This document shows positions 35,234 through 47,587 of a stretch of 64,000 nucleotides of DNA, piece by piece. How positions within the stretch are numbered: the first letter of the stretch is position 1; the number at the start of each line of letters is the position of its first letter. The translations under genes and the position numbers were made by a program. Location of the stretch: the NCBI GenBank assembly GCA_043228905.1, contig JBHGNT010000021.1:13239372-13303371 (forward strand), given 5' to 3'. The DNA comes from Azolla caroliniana. Lineage: Eukaryota > Plantae > Polypodiophyta. Under the pieces are notes generated by a model. The model was not told the DNA's origin and made no database searches. It saw only the letters and a program-made list of their open reading frames with translations.

Positions 35234-38200
35234 CTAGTGGGAGAAAACCGGTCCGGGTTCTGGTTCCTCGTCCATCGGTTCGTCCTCCGTTTTGGACTGT
35301 TCGTCGTCGCTGTCCGGGCCTCTTAGATCCGGTTCGCCGTCGTGGAGCTTCTTGAATGCTTTGATCCGCTTCCCTGCTACCGGTATCACCATCCTCGTAC
35401 TGTCGAGTTCCGCTAGGTGATACGTCTCGTTGTCGTTGGCGCTCGTTACCACGTAAGGCCCGAACCACCGCTTTGCAAACTTCCATGTTGTCCGGTGCTG
35501 GTTGTCGAGGCTGCTGTCATAGACTTCCTCGATTTTCTTTGGTCCGAGCCGGTGCGTTCGGTCGAACCGGGCTTTGTTCCTCATCCTCGCCGTCCGAAGT
35601 CTCTCCGCCGCTCGTTCCACGTCCTCTGGCCTCCGCTAGCAGTTCTTCCCGGCTCATCTCGTCTCTCCAGTCCACAGTCACCCAAGAGGAGATCGTCTGT
35701 TCCATAGGCATGATCGGCTTCTATCCGAACATGAGCTCTGACGGCATGAACCCGGTTACCGAACTGTGCGTTGTCCGGTCCGCCCACAAGGCATAAGGTA
35801 ACAGTCGTGGCCAGTTCCCGACCTGGCCTCCGCACGCCCGGACTAGCGCTTTGACGATCGGCCCGTGTCCACGCTCCACCTTCTCGTTCGCCTCCGGATT
35901 GTACGTTGTGGTGAGCGAGAGCCTGACCCCTAACCGGTCGAACAGCTCCTCGGCTTCTTCGGCGTCCAACTCCCCGCTGTTAGCCACGATCTTCCCAACG
36001 CACCCGTACCGGCATATCACGTCCTCGATCAGGAACCAACACACGACCGCGGTCGTTTTGTTCTGCAGGGCTCGGCCTTCCACCTGGTTCGTCAAGTCCT
36101 CCCGGGCCAGCACCAGATATCGCATCTGCTCTACGCCCATCGGCATCGTCACCAAATCTACCATCCATTTGAAGTGGATGGCCGGAGGGTATGTAGGGTG
36201 AAGCTTGTCCCGATGTCGGACTATGGAGTGTATCTGACAGATCTCACAAGTTGTCACGAACCGATGCACGTCCCGGTACAGTCCCGGCCACCAGTACTTC
36301 CCCTTTAGTTTCTCGAACGTGGCCCACGTCCCACAGTGTCCAGCCTAGGGGCTGTCGTGGTAGGCCTTCAGCAACTCCTCCTGTTCCTCCTCCATCACCA
36401 CTACTCGAAGCGGGATGCCGTTTCTCTTCTTCGGGTGCTTCCACAAGTATCCGTCCCGGAGAAAGAATCGTCCTCAAGAATCCCCCAATCTGCAGCCACT
36501 CCCCGTCGTACTTGCTCTCGTTGAAATCGTTAAGCGCTGGAGTGCTCCCCCCCTCGGTTGTCGCGTAAGCCGCCTCGAAGAAGTCCACGCCGACTTCCTC
36601 GTCCTCCGAAACCATGCCGCCCTCGTCATCGAATCGCGCCCTCGAAAGCATGTCGGCCATGGCATTGTCTTTCCCGGAAATGTGTCGTATTTCCGGATCC
36701 AGGGACTTGATGGACGCTATCCACCTGAGCATTGCCAGGTTCGGGGTTGCGCATCCGGAAACCAGGCCGAGAATCGGCAGGCAGTCCGTCTAGATAATCA
36801 CTTCTGTCCCGATCAGATAGTCTTTATCGGCCTTCACCGCCGAAACGATACCCCAGAGTTCGCGTTTAACCTGGGCGTATCCTCGTTGTCGCTCGCTGAG
36901 GACCTTTGCGCCGAACCGGATTGGGAACCGAATGCCGTCCTCGTCTTCTTGGTTGACGACCCATCCGATCCCGGTCGGACTTGTATCTACCATTATGTAG
37001 ATGGCAGTGCCTTTCTTGTAGATAGCCTTCCGGAGTGCCAAAGCTGCAGCAAGAGCCTCCTTCATCTTTCGGACCGACTCCGTATGCTCGTCTCACCACT
37101 CGAATCTTCGCCCCTTTTTCAACAACCCGTATAGTGGCTCGGCAACGTGGGCGTAATGCGGGATCCATATGTGGTAGAACGCGCATGCTCCCAAGAACCT
37201 CCGTACCTCCGTGACCGAGTTACAGTCGGGCTTCATTGCGGAGATGGCTTCCATCTTAGCCGGAGACGGCTTCCGGCCATACGGTCCGCATAGATGTCCG
37301 ACGACCATGATCTCTGATTGCCCGAAGGCCAATTTCTCCCCGGAGAAGGTGAGCCTTGCGTCCTCTAGCCTCTGCAGCACCCTCTCGCAGTCGTCAATGT
37401 GTGTCGCCACGAATTTCCGGCATCCGTCCTTCTCCTCCATCGGACATCCCTTGATCAGGATGTTGTCCAAGAATGGCATGGTAATGTCCGGGATACAATC
37501 CCTCAGCACCTTGTTCATCGCATTCACCATGTCGGCCACCGAGTTCGTCCCTCCTTGTGGCAGGGTACACATCCGCACTAGGCCGAGAGGAGTCTGCATC
37601 GTCGTAATATCTCTGCTCTCCACGGCTAGTTGGAATTGATCGTACCCCGAGTACAGATCATCGACCAAGTAGATCGACCTTCCGGCGAAGGCCTCCGCAA
37701 ACTCGTCTATCGTTGGTCCGATTCCTGCGTTCCGAATGGTCACTCTGTTGACCAGTTGCAGGTCTTGAATGAAGCGCAACGTCCCGTTCTTCTTTGGTAC
37801 GGTAAACCACCGGTTCAAGTACGGGGCACTCGACGGTTCGAGGATGCCCATATCGACTTTCTACCTCAACAGCTCCATCAGCTCCGGGATGTGAGCTCTC
37901 GGTACCGGAATTGGTTTGAGATTCCACAGCACATGCGATACCGTGAATATCACCATCAGCTTCACGACTGTCGGGTCTACGCACCCGATCTCTTCCGATG
38001 AGAATGAAAAGGCTTTCCCGTGCCTTCCGAGCATTCTCCGAAACCGATCTTCTTCCGCCGGCAGTAGGAACCCGCCCCCACCGATTTTGAGCTCCCGTAG
38101 CGTTCTGTCGGTGAAGGTGTGTCCTATGTAGGCCGGATCTCGTAAACTGGGGTCCGACGCGACCCCCTTGATTCGCAACTCGTTGCCCTCCGGTAAGGGT

Positions 38201-38500
38201 GCCGCGACTGGCCTTACCTTCCGGTCCACAGTCTTGTACTTCGTGTTAACCCGGGCCGTCCAATCCGACTCGAGCCCTCGACTGAAGTCCGCAATGACTT
38301 CGTACATCTCTTCTGAACAAACCGGTATCGTCCGGCCCTCTTTAAGGCCCTCTCCGACCATCTCTCGCAGTATTCCCAAGGTATCGTCGAAGGAGACCGC
38401 CTCCACGGCTCCGTTGATTTCCTCGATGGGCCCGAGAACTCTGCACGCCCGAAGTCGCTCTTCCGCCCTTGTCTTTTCTCGGCCAACGACGCCAACTATC
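35234..38500 (-). pseudogene. Gypsy E pol (RT, RNase H, integrase), fragmented
   Basis: ORFs 37093-37851, 36790-37065, 36244-36732, 35721-36269 and 35234-35620 are homologous to B and G pol. Confidence 0.9.
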
Positions 38501-41500
38501 TGTTGGAAGCGAGGAGGGTCGTCTGTGCGGAAGATCAAGGAGCATTCGATTCTTTTATGAATACCTGCGTATGAGAGATTGTAGGTCGTTGCACAGAGAG
38601 AGAGAGAGAGAGAGACACAAAAGAGTCTTTATTTCTTAAAGCAAATAATACAACAACCAACCTCACAAAGAGGTTACAAGGTCACTATATATAGTGACCG
38701 ACTTAGGGCAACTACCCTTTATGCTAATTACATAAATGGCCAAAACGGGATAATGTGAATACGTCCATTATACACATGTATTCGACACTCCCCCGTAATG
38801 GGCGTATACATGGGTTATCTAAGATTACAGGTATAGGCTTAGGTTCTCGGACATATCAGCTTTGTTCGAGTCGGCAGGGTCCGAAGGCAGAAGACCGAAC
38901 TGGTCGGGTCGGAACAGTTGAAGCCGATCATTAAGCAACTGATGTCGGTTGTTGGGAACCATCCTGCTCTGTGTCCGGCTCTAACCGGACTGGTTTGTCG
39001 TTACGCCCATCTGATGCCGAAGAGACCGAAAGCGGTCTGCCGAAAGACATTTGGTCATTCCATCTGCGACATTGTCGGTTGTGGATATTTTCTCTAGACC
39101 GATTTTCCCTGAAATGACGCAGTCCCGAACGAAGTGATATCGAACGTCGATATGTTTGGAGGCGTTGTGGTGAACCGGATTTTTCGACAAGGCAACAGCA
39201 CCTTGACTGTCGCTGTAGACAACTGGAGCCGAGTCATGGTCGACTTGTCGAAACGTGTGCGCCAGCCGACCGAGCCACACGGCTTCTTTTGCCGCGTCGG
39301 ACGCAGCTACATATTCTGCTTCGGTCGTTGAGGTCGCTGTGCACTCCTGAAGTTTCGACTTCCACGAGATTGCTCCATTGCCGAATTTGAAGCAGTATCC
39401 GGTTGTTGATTTCCGACTGTCTATACAGCCGGCGAAGTCCGAGTCGGTGTAACCGACTACGCCTGAGGTTCGGTTCGGACCGAAAAGAATGCCATGGTCT
39501 TTTGTGCCAGCCAGATATCTGAACACATGCTTGACTGCGTTCCAATGCGATCGGCCAGGATTGTGCATAAATCTGCTGACGACTCCTACGGCGTGAGAAA
39601 TATCAGGCCGTGTCGCGACCATCAGGTACATAAGGGAGCCGACTGCCGGTGCATACGGTACCGACTTCATATCTTCCCCCTCCGGACCGGATGTCGGGCA
39701 GTCTCGCTGAGAGAGCCGAAGATTCATGGGGAGCGGGGTTGAAGCAGATTTGGCTGATTGCATGTTGAAGCGTTCCAAGACACGTCCGATATAGTCGGTC
39801 TGAGACAAAAAAAGATGTCGTTTATCGCGATGCCGACTAATCTTCATGCCGAGTATGTGTCGTGCCGGACCGAGGTCCTTCATGGCAAACTTCAACCGCA
39901 GTTGCCGAACGAGGTCGGCAAGTTCGCCCGCGTGGCGTCCAGAAATTAGCATGTCGTCCACGTAAATGATGAGGAAGATGGGTGATCCATCTTGAGCTGT
40001 GTTGGTGAAGAGACAATGGTCCTCATCGCTTTTGGAGAAGCCGATCGATTGGATGAAGTCGTCGAACTTCTTGTACCATTGTCGCGGTGCCTGTTTGAGG
40101 CCGTATAGACTCTTCCTGAGTCGGCAGACTAGATGTTCTTGGCCAGTTGCCACGAAGCCTTTTGGCTGCTCCATATAAATTTCCTCGTCAAGATCACCAT
40201 GGAGGAATGCTGTTTTGACATCTAGCTGAATCAGCTCCAAGTTGTCGGCTGCCACTACGCCGAGTAGGAAACGAAGGGTTGTCATTTTCACCACTGGTGA
40301 AAAAATCTCGTCGAAGTCGACGCCATATTCTTGTCGGAAGCCCTTCGCAACTAATCTGGCCTTGTACTTTGGGGTGGTCGAATCAGACGTCTCTTTTAGT
40401 CGATAGACCCACTTGCAAGGAAGAGCACGTCGGTTCCTAGGTAATTCGACCAGATCCCAAGTCTTGTTTGCCCGAATGGAGTGCATTTCCGACTCCATCG
40501 CCAGATGCCAGGTGGCGGAATCGACAGATGTCGATGCTTCTTCGTAAGACGTCGGTTCGCCGGTGTCGGTGAAGAAAATTCCAGGAGAATACCTCTCCGG
40601 AGGTTGCGACAGTCTCTCGGATCGTCGAGGTATGATTGGACTGGTCGCATCGGGTATCGAGGTCGGATGGTCCGAAACCGAATCATTCGGCTGTGCCGAG
40701 TCAGAGTTGTCCGAGTCGGTAGTGTAAGGTTCAGCTACCCGTGAAGCTGACCGTGTGTTGTGAGCGGGGCCTTCTTGAAGGGTCGGCACATCGGAAAATG
40801 TTACCCTTCGGACTTCGATCGGTTTTTCGACTGATGGAGTCATAGCTGACTCGTTGAACACAACGTCCGAACTTCGAACGATTTGTCTGCGTTCGGGGTC
40901 CCAGAGTCGGTATCCCATTTCGCCGTCGGATCCATATCCAAGAAAAATGCATTTCCTGGACCGAGGTGCAAGTTTTCGGCGATCATCTTTCGGAATAAGG
41001 GCGTACGCCTCGCATCCGAAGATCCTCAGCTTGTCGTAATTCGGCTTACTGCCGATCCATAGTTCCTGAGGAATTTGAAGTCCTAGAGGTCTACTTGGCG
41101 ACATATTGATTATGTGTACTGCCGTGAGTAGAGCCTCTGCCCAGAAGCCATCCGACAGTCCGGAGTGTTGGAGCATGGAAACTATCCGTTCTTGGATTGT
41201 CCGATTCATGCGTTCGGCAATCCCGTTTTGCTCCGGGCTATGTGGTGCCGTAAATTCACGTCGGATGCCGCGTTGTCGGCAGAATTTGACGAATTCTTCG
41301 GATTTAAACTCTCCCCCATTGTCTGTCCGAAGGCATTTCAGCTTTCGGTCGGTTTGATTTTCTACCATAGCGAGCCAATCGGTGAAGATCGAGAAGACAC
41401 GATCTTTGGTGCGAATTGGATAAGCCCACACCTTTCGAGTCGAATCGTCAATAAAACTGACGAAGTAAGAGGCACCGCCTAGAGACTGATGCGGCATTGG

Positions 41501-43955
41501 GCCACAGACGTCCGAATGGACTAAATCGAGAGGTCTCGTTTCTCTTGGTGCTGATGTCGGGTGTGATGCGGCTACTTGTTTGCCATACTGGCAATGCTCG
41601 CAGAATTGATGGTCCGAGAAGGAGAGTTTGGGGATGTATCCGGCGCTAGATAGGTGCGTGATGCCGGCCTTGCTGAGGTGTCCTAATCTTCGGTGCCATA
41701 ATGATGACACAGGAATATCCACCAAAAACAGGTTACCCTCTCTGAGCGTAACATGTAACGGATACAGTGAGTGTATCTTGGGTCCTCTAGCAAGCAGGAG
41801 GTTCCCCCTGTGGAGTGTCCACCCTCCCGAAGAAAAACCGGCACGAATGCCGTCTTCATCTAGTTGTCCGACTGAGATCAAGGGCCTTGAGAGCTCGGGT
41901 ACATGTCGGACATTGTGGAGTACAAGTGTAGAGCCACCTGCAAGGTTGAGCTCTACTGTGCCGATTCCGATGATGTCACAGTGTTGTGAGTTGCCGACCC
42001 GAACTGAGTCGGAGTGACGGATCGTATATTGCCGAAATTGGGATCGATGAGGAGTCACGTGAAATGACGCGCCCGAATCTAAGAGCCATGTGCTCGATTC
42101 TTCAGTCGTGAGTAGAACTTCTGATCCGACTGGATTTTCGATTGATAGTATATTCGGGTCGTCTGGTAGCACATCAGCCGAGAAGCTGACGTAATTGATC
42201 TCCTCATGCCGGCCACTCTTCTTGTTGTTCTTGTTCTTGAGTGCGCGGCAGTCGGCTTTGATGTGTCCGGGTTTCTTGCAATAGTTGCAGATTCGGTTGT
42301 CCCGTGACTGGCTCCGTCTTCGCTGATTGTTCGGCGGTCGTGAGGAATCTCTTCCTCGTATGTTCGATCGGTCTGTCGAACCTTGTACTACATAGGCGTC
42401 GTCTGTTGAGTCTTTGGCGAAAGACTTTCTCCGAGCTGCTTCGGTCAGGATTGCGCTCGTGACTTCGGAGTATTTAACAGCCGTGGTTGACGCGTTGCAC
42501 ACGGTTGTGACGAAAGTTTCCCATGATGAGGGAAGGCTGCTCATGAGTATCATTGCTCTGAGTTCATCCTCGATTGCCGTCCCCTGTGACGAGATTTGGG
42601 AGCTTATGCTTTCGTACTCATTGAGGTGTGCTTGAACCGAGTCGGATTCTTTCATCCGCAAGTTGTAGAGGCGCCGGATCAGAAACATCTTCGTTGCGGC
42701 GACCTTCTTTTCGTAAGTGTCCGACAGTGTTTTCCACAGTTCGAATGCTGTCGTACACGATTGCACCGTAAAGTACACCGATTCCGATAGGTGCATCCGA
42801 ATCGTGGCGCGGACGATTCTGTCCAGCTTCTGCCACTCAATTGGTTTGTATCCTTCTGGAGGTTCTTCATTTTCGATGGGATCGATTTGCCCCTTGACTA
42901 TGAGATAGTCCTGCATTTGCTCCTTCCAGAAGTTAAAGTTCGATCCATCGAACTTTCGTAGACTCATTTCTGACGAGCCGGATGTTGATGCCATCAAGTT
43001 CGGTTTTGGTTGACGAAGCTCGGTTCGGAGTTGACTACGAACCTTGTTGGAGTGCAGCCGGTTGGCTCACCCGATATCGTTCTAGTCGGATTTGAACCCG
43101 AGTCGGTTCGGCTTCGGAACTTGCTCGAATTGACTCCGGTAACTTGAGGGACAGAACCGACTGGTCTTCCCGAGTGTTGCCGAGTCGGAGTGAGCCCGGT
43201 TCGCTTCGGATATATGTGCCGAATACCGATTATTGAAACCGATTATCTGGACCGATTCTGCTTCGGGTGGCTGCAGCGACGAGAGAGACAGATCCAGCTG
43301 ATCCTCTCGAATGTCGATCAGCCGGATGAAGCACGAGTTGGGGTTGTTGTCTTGAGACCGATCTGCACCGAGTGGTTACAGCGAGCAGCGTTTGGTGACC
43401 TCTTCGGATGCCGTTTAACCGAATGGAGCACGATCGTGTCAATGATGCACAAGGGGATTTCACCTCGAGCGGTTACGATCACAAGGAACAGAGTACAACC
43501 TGAAGGCTTACTCCAAGCAAGAGGATCTAACGCGATGAGGTGCAAACCTCGTTTTTGTTCTTCTTCTCTCTTTCTTCGAATGACGCGAATACTGTGCAGG
43601 CGGTGATGAAGTGAAGAACCGAATGCTGTGCAGGCGGTGACGACGGCCGAACCTCTGCTCTGATACCAGATGTTGGAAGCGAGGAGGGTCGTCTGTGCGG
43701 AAGATCAAGGAGCATTCGATTCTTTTATGAATACCTGCGTATGAGAGATTGTAGGTCGTTGCACAGAGAGAGAGAGAGAGAGACACAAAAGAGTCTTTAT
43801 TTCTTAAAGCAAATAATACAACAACCAACCTCACAAAGAGGTTACAAGGTCACTATATATAGTGACCGACTTAGGGCAACTACCCTTTATGCTAATTACA
43901 TAAATGGCCAAAACGGGATAATGTGAATACGTCCATTATACACATGTATTCGACA
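38501..43955 (-). mobile_element. Intact Ty1/Copia LTR retrotransposon F (Tnt1/Tork-like)
   Basis: LTRs at 38501-38787 and 43671-43955 are identical except for one AG unit. PBS at 43657-43668. PPT from 38788. Perfect TSD ctatc. Confidence 0.97.
38981..42997 (-). CDS. Copia gag-pol polyprotein, 1338 aa, uninterrupted
   Basis: CNYCKKPGHIKADC, LLDSGAS, LWHRRLGH, VHSDV..TDNGGE..NGIAER, YVDD, TDSDFAG and ADGMTK motifs. Confidence 0.97.
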   Translation of the reverse strand: MMASTSGSSEMSLRKFDGSNFNFWKEQMQDYLIVKGQIDPIENEEPPEGYKPIEWQKLDRIVRATIRMHLSESVYFTVQSCTTAFELWKTLSDTYEKKVAATKMFLIRRLYNLRMKESDSVQAHLNEYESISSQISSQGTAIEDELRAMILMSSLPSSWETFVTTVCNASTTAVKYSEVTSAILTEAARRKSFAKDSTDDAYVVQGSTDRSNIRGRDSSRPPNNQRRRSQSRDNRICNYCKKPGHIKADCRALKNKNNKKSGRHEEINYVSFSADVLPDDPNILSIENPVGSEVLLTTEESSTWLLDSGASFHVTPHRSQFRQYTIRHSDSVRVGNSQHCDIIGIGTVELNLAGGSTLVLHNVRHVPELSRPLISVGQLDEDGIRAGFSSGGWTLHRGNLLLARGPKIHSLYPLHVTLREGNLFLVDIPVSSLWHRRLGHLSKAGITHLSSAGYIPKLSFSDHQFCEHCQYGKQVAASHPTSAPRETRPLDLVHSDVCGPMPHQSLGGASYFVSFIDDSTRKVWAYPIRTKDRVFSIFTDWLAMVENQTDRKLKCLRTDNGGEFKSEEFVKFCRQRGIRREFTAPHSPEQNGIAERMNRTIQERIVSMLQHSGLSDGFWAEALLTAVHIINMSPSRPLGLQIPQELWIGSKPNYDKLRIFGCEAYALIPKDDRRKLAPRSRKCIFLGYGSDGEMGYRLWDPERRQIVRSSDVVFNESAMTPSVEKPIEVRRVTFSDVPTLQEGPAHNTRSASRVAEPYTTDSDNSDSAQPNDSVSDHPTSIPDATSPIIPRRSERLSQPPERYSPGIFFTDTGEPTSYEEASTSVDSATWHLAMESEMHSIRANKTWDLVELPRNRRALPCKWVYRLKETSDSTTPKYKARLVAKGFRQEYGVDFDEIFSPVVKMTTLRFLLGVVAADNLELIQLDVKTAFLHGDLDEEIYMEQPKGFVATGQEHLVCRLRKSLYGLKQAPRQWYKKFDDFIQSIGFSKSDEDHCLFTNTAQDGSPIFLIIYVDDMLISGRHAGELADLVRQLRLKFAMKDLGPARHILGMKISRHRDKRHLFLSQTDYIGRVLERFNMQSAKSASTPLPMNLRLSQRDCPTSGPEGEDMKSVPYAPAVGSLMYLMVATRPDISHAVGVVSRFMHNPGRSHWNAVKHVFRYLAGTKDHGILFGPNRTSGVVGYTDSDFAGCIDSRKSTTGYCFKFGNGAISWKSKLQECTATSTTEAEYVAASDAAKEAVWLGRLAHTFRQVDHDSAPVVYSDSQGAVALSKNPVHHNASKHIDVRYHFVRDCVISGKIGLEKISTTDNVADGMTKCLSADRFRSLRHQMGVTTNQSG

Positions 43956-45630
43956 CTATCGTACACCCTGCGTTGTCGGAGAAACAAAACTTCCTACTTA
44001 TGGTACAAGGTTTCTTCGGTTTCGCCTCTATCGTACATTTGTGGGGTTTTCCCGGAGTGTCCGGACTATCGCGGCCCCATGCCTTGACATCCGCTCGGTT
44101 CTCGCCACCGAGGGACTCGCGGTTTCGCTCGTGGTTCGGTCGCACCGTCAGGAACTAGACCGAATGACGCCCGTCCTGACTCTTGACCCTCGCGTAGGCC
44201 GACCCGTTGTCCAACAGCTTGGTCTCCATCCGCGTTGCCGTAATGTACGGTTCTCCCAGTATGACCGGGTGCGAGGACGTCTCCTGCACAAAGAAGTGTT
44301 GGTCTATCTCGACGTCGCCGATCTTGACTTGCACGTTTGGGCAGGCCCCGTGTAGTTCCTCGGTGGCGCGCGTCGCCGCCCGTATCTTCCACCCGTGCTT
44401 GGTGTTGATTGGCCATTTCCCCTTCTTGTAGAAGTTTATGGACATCAGGTTTATTTCCGAACCGTGGTCCACCAACGCCACCACCAGTTCCTGAACATCT
44501 CCGATCTTCACCGGGGTTTCCATGGTCGCTCGGGCCCAGTGTGGCCTCGAATAGTGGCTCTCCGCCCACTCGTCTTCCAGCGCCATATCCTCTATGTGCG
44601 TCGTCCGCACCTCCACCGGCCTTTCCGGTTCTGTCTCCGTCGACAGCCTCTTCCTCTTCACCAAGTCTACGATGGAGTCGTGGAACTCCTTGGCGATTCC
44701 GAGCACCTCCCGCAACGACAGTTCCACCTTGTTGTCGAGGATTCGTTCTTCCAGGACCTTTCGTAGGTCCTTGGTCCTTTCGATCTTCGTGCCCAACCGG
44801 TATCTGCCCTTCTTGTGGTTATCCCGGGCACTGGTCTCACCGGCCTCGTTCTGTTTCGGCCTGAATCGGGTTTCGTATCTCTGTGAGGGTCCGACCCCTC
44901 CGGTTTTACCTACCCGTTTGTCTTCAACCAAAGCCTCGTAGTTCTGGCAAGCTGCTTCGACGAAACCTGTCTTTTCTTCGACCAGGTCACTCCACCCGGT
45001 TAACTCCTGGACCCGCTTCTCCGCGCGGTCCGCCTCGTCTTTCCTTAGTCGGGCACCGACGAGGCCTTCCAGCATCGTCGGCCAGAACTCGGCTTTGCTC
45101 TCCTTCCGGACCTTGCTGCCTCCGACCCGAATACCGGCTGACGCCGAGTAGTGGACGGTCTCCGCGTGCCGGGCCGCCGCCTCTTCCATCAGCCTTTTCA
45201 TTCCTCCTCGCCCGTCGTTTCGGTTTAGGGCCCTCCGGGTATCGCTGGCGTGCACCCGACCTTCCCACAGGTACACTACCCGGCTTCTCAAAGCCTCCGC
45301 AAAGTCCCCGTAGTCTTTCCGGATGTGGCCGACCTCGTCACACCACATGCACCTATTTCCAACCAGAGGCTGTCGGTCACGAGCCTGTTCGCCGCCTTCC
45401 CTCCGAGCCTGGGCGATCTGGAGATCCTTTACCGCCCGTGTCAACTCCTCCAAAGTTGTTCCCCCGGACGAACCTCTGACCACGCCGGTCGAAGCCAAAC
45501 CGGTTTCGCGCCACTCCCGGGTCTCTTCCCTTCGCGCTTGTGGTATCGGTTCGAGCTTCCTTGCTGCGACAGGACTTGCCCCTGTATCACTGCGACAGGA
45601 CATGGCCTCTCCAAGATCCGACCCCCTCAT
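43956..45630 (-). pseudogene. Gypsy E gag-protease (internally deleted)
   Basis: ORF 44155-45630 has CMWCDEVGH, ALVDHGSEINLM and ILGEPY. Confidence 0.88.
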
Positions 45631-46326
45631 CTTCTGCTCCTCTGCCGCCTAGTTCATGTCGGGTTCACCAAAGATGTCGCGTTACTACACGCGTGCGTGG
45701 AGAAACGAGCCAGGACCACCGGGGTCTTGAACCGAAGAGTAGGTGATAGAAGGGGAAAGAGAAAGAGAGAGACGCCTAGTTACGTATGAGCAAAGAAACA
45801 CAGGGACACAACCCGTCAATGTGGAAGACACGAATGGACACAGAGACAGAGAGACACGAATGTTTGTATATTAACGAATGACAAATAAACAACAGAGCAC
45901 GCGAGCGGTTACAACCGAACAGGCCGGCGAACAGATGCCGATGCCTGCTCGTCTGCGCACGAAAGGGGATAGGATGGAGGTGTTGCCGGAAGCACACGGG
46001 CGTTCCTCAAAGCAACGTGAGCCTCCCGAAAACCTGCAGAGAAGAGCGATGGAGAACGAATAGAGGAGAAGCGTTCGGTTTCGGTCTGACAGCACTTCGT
46101 CCTCCTCAATAAAAATTGCCCCCCTTCTCCCCGCGTCTCCCTCTCTTTTATAGCTTCAAGAAGGGAGCCGTTTCCCTCATTAACTTCCTACCTACCGAAT
46201 CTAACTACCTAGGATATACCTTTGTACCTAATTCTCTATTATATACATTAAAGGGCGCGCACGCGTGAAGAGTCGGTTCACGCGCGCTATGCACCGATTA
46301 CGCTAAGGACGGTTTTCTTCACGACA

Positions 46327-46660
46327 ACGTTTTTGAACGACCTTCAGAACAACAATTACAAATACCACGGACTAGGCCAGAGCCCACATACCCCTCAGTC
46401 GCAGCTAAACCGTTTGCACGAGATGTATCTCAGGCAAATACTCTGACACCGATGGAAATCGACAGAATGCGTCGTCGTGGCCCGTTATCGGAAGAAGAAA
46501 AGCAACGACGATGAGCAAATCGATTATGTCTTTATTGCGGTGGACCAGGGCATATCACAATAAACTATCCCCATAGGCCAAGAAGACAGGTAAATCAAAT
46601 CGTAGCCTGTACTAAACCCAAGTCAATTCCCTTAGGAGTTTCTTATAGTATTAACAAGTA
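46327..46660 (+). pseudogene. Tcn1-like gag, C-terminal part
   Basis: Manual translation gives [34 protein letters not shown]. Confidence 0.82.
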
Positions 46661-46681
46661 GTCTTCGAAGACGATCATCTA

Positions 46682-47090
46682 TCAGACTCCTTTTGTACAG
46701 TTGACTAATACAATCAAATTAGTTGAGTTTGCTTCTTCATAGTCCAGCCGCAAGATTTTTCCATAGCTAAATGCAGGATCTTGAGCAAGCATACCACGTC
46801 CAGCCAATCTGGTAACTAACAATACTACTTTCTTTTTCGAGTCTGCATATTGCATTGCCCACTCATATCCAGTTAAGTCTATGTCTAACTGGTCCTCACC
46901 TCCTCCAACCGCGACATATGTTTTTTGACTAACCTCGTCAGACGGCTGCCACACGACTTCGTCTTCAAACATGAGTTTCTTTCCCTTTTGTGGATATGTC
47001 ACAACAGGGATCTTTGTGGTGTTTGGAGGTGAGCTTTGATACTTAATCCGAATTCTGTTGAGTGTCCTCTCCTCCTTAGGGTCAGTCGAC
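46682..47090 (-). CDS. Possible terminal exon of an unknown gene
   Basis: About 135 open codons of protein-like composition in AT-rich DNA, preceded by acceptor-like tttcatgcag|g. No motif recognised. Confidence 0.35.
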
Positions 47091-47587
47091 CTGCATGAAA
47101 TAATACAACAGATGAACCTAATCCTATATTCTCTCAAATGAAAATCTATTGTAGTCTAGAAAATGCGATTACAAAAAATAGTTTGGCCTTATGAAGCTCT
47201 TGCCTAACCAGTAGTGTAGTGGAGAAGGATTTGTATGGGGTGTCAAATTATATACACTATGCAAATTGGTAGTATGGAACGCCAAATTAGCAATCCAGTA
47301 TAGTTTTGGCCTCATTCCACTGTTACAGTTAGTACCAAACTAGTAACGGGGTTAAATGACATGAAGGATGGGAGAAAGAGGATTTGAAACCTAGGGACTA
47401 GAAAGAGGAAAATGTATATTTAACGTCTCATAGTCCACCGGACACTAAAATTAGTAAGATTTTGGTATCCCCAACAGTGCCTAAATATCAACTTTATTGA
47501 CCCAATTTTACCGTATGTTGACCTAATTTAGACTTTTTGAACCTATTTTTACTACTTATTTTTTGTCTAATGTGTGTTATGACCCCC

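Larger units (their letters stand above)
34545..46326 (-). mobile_element. Ty3/Gypsy LTR retrotransposon E (tRNA-Trp family), degenerate; hosts Copia F
   Basis: LTRs at 34545-35184 (terminal ~13 nt lost) and 45675-46326. PPT at 35185-35198. PBS tggtgaacccgacatga at 45654-45670. TSD acgt/acgt. Confidence 0.92.
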
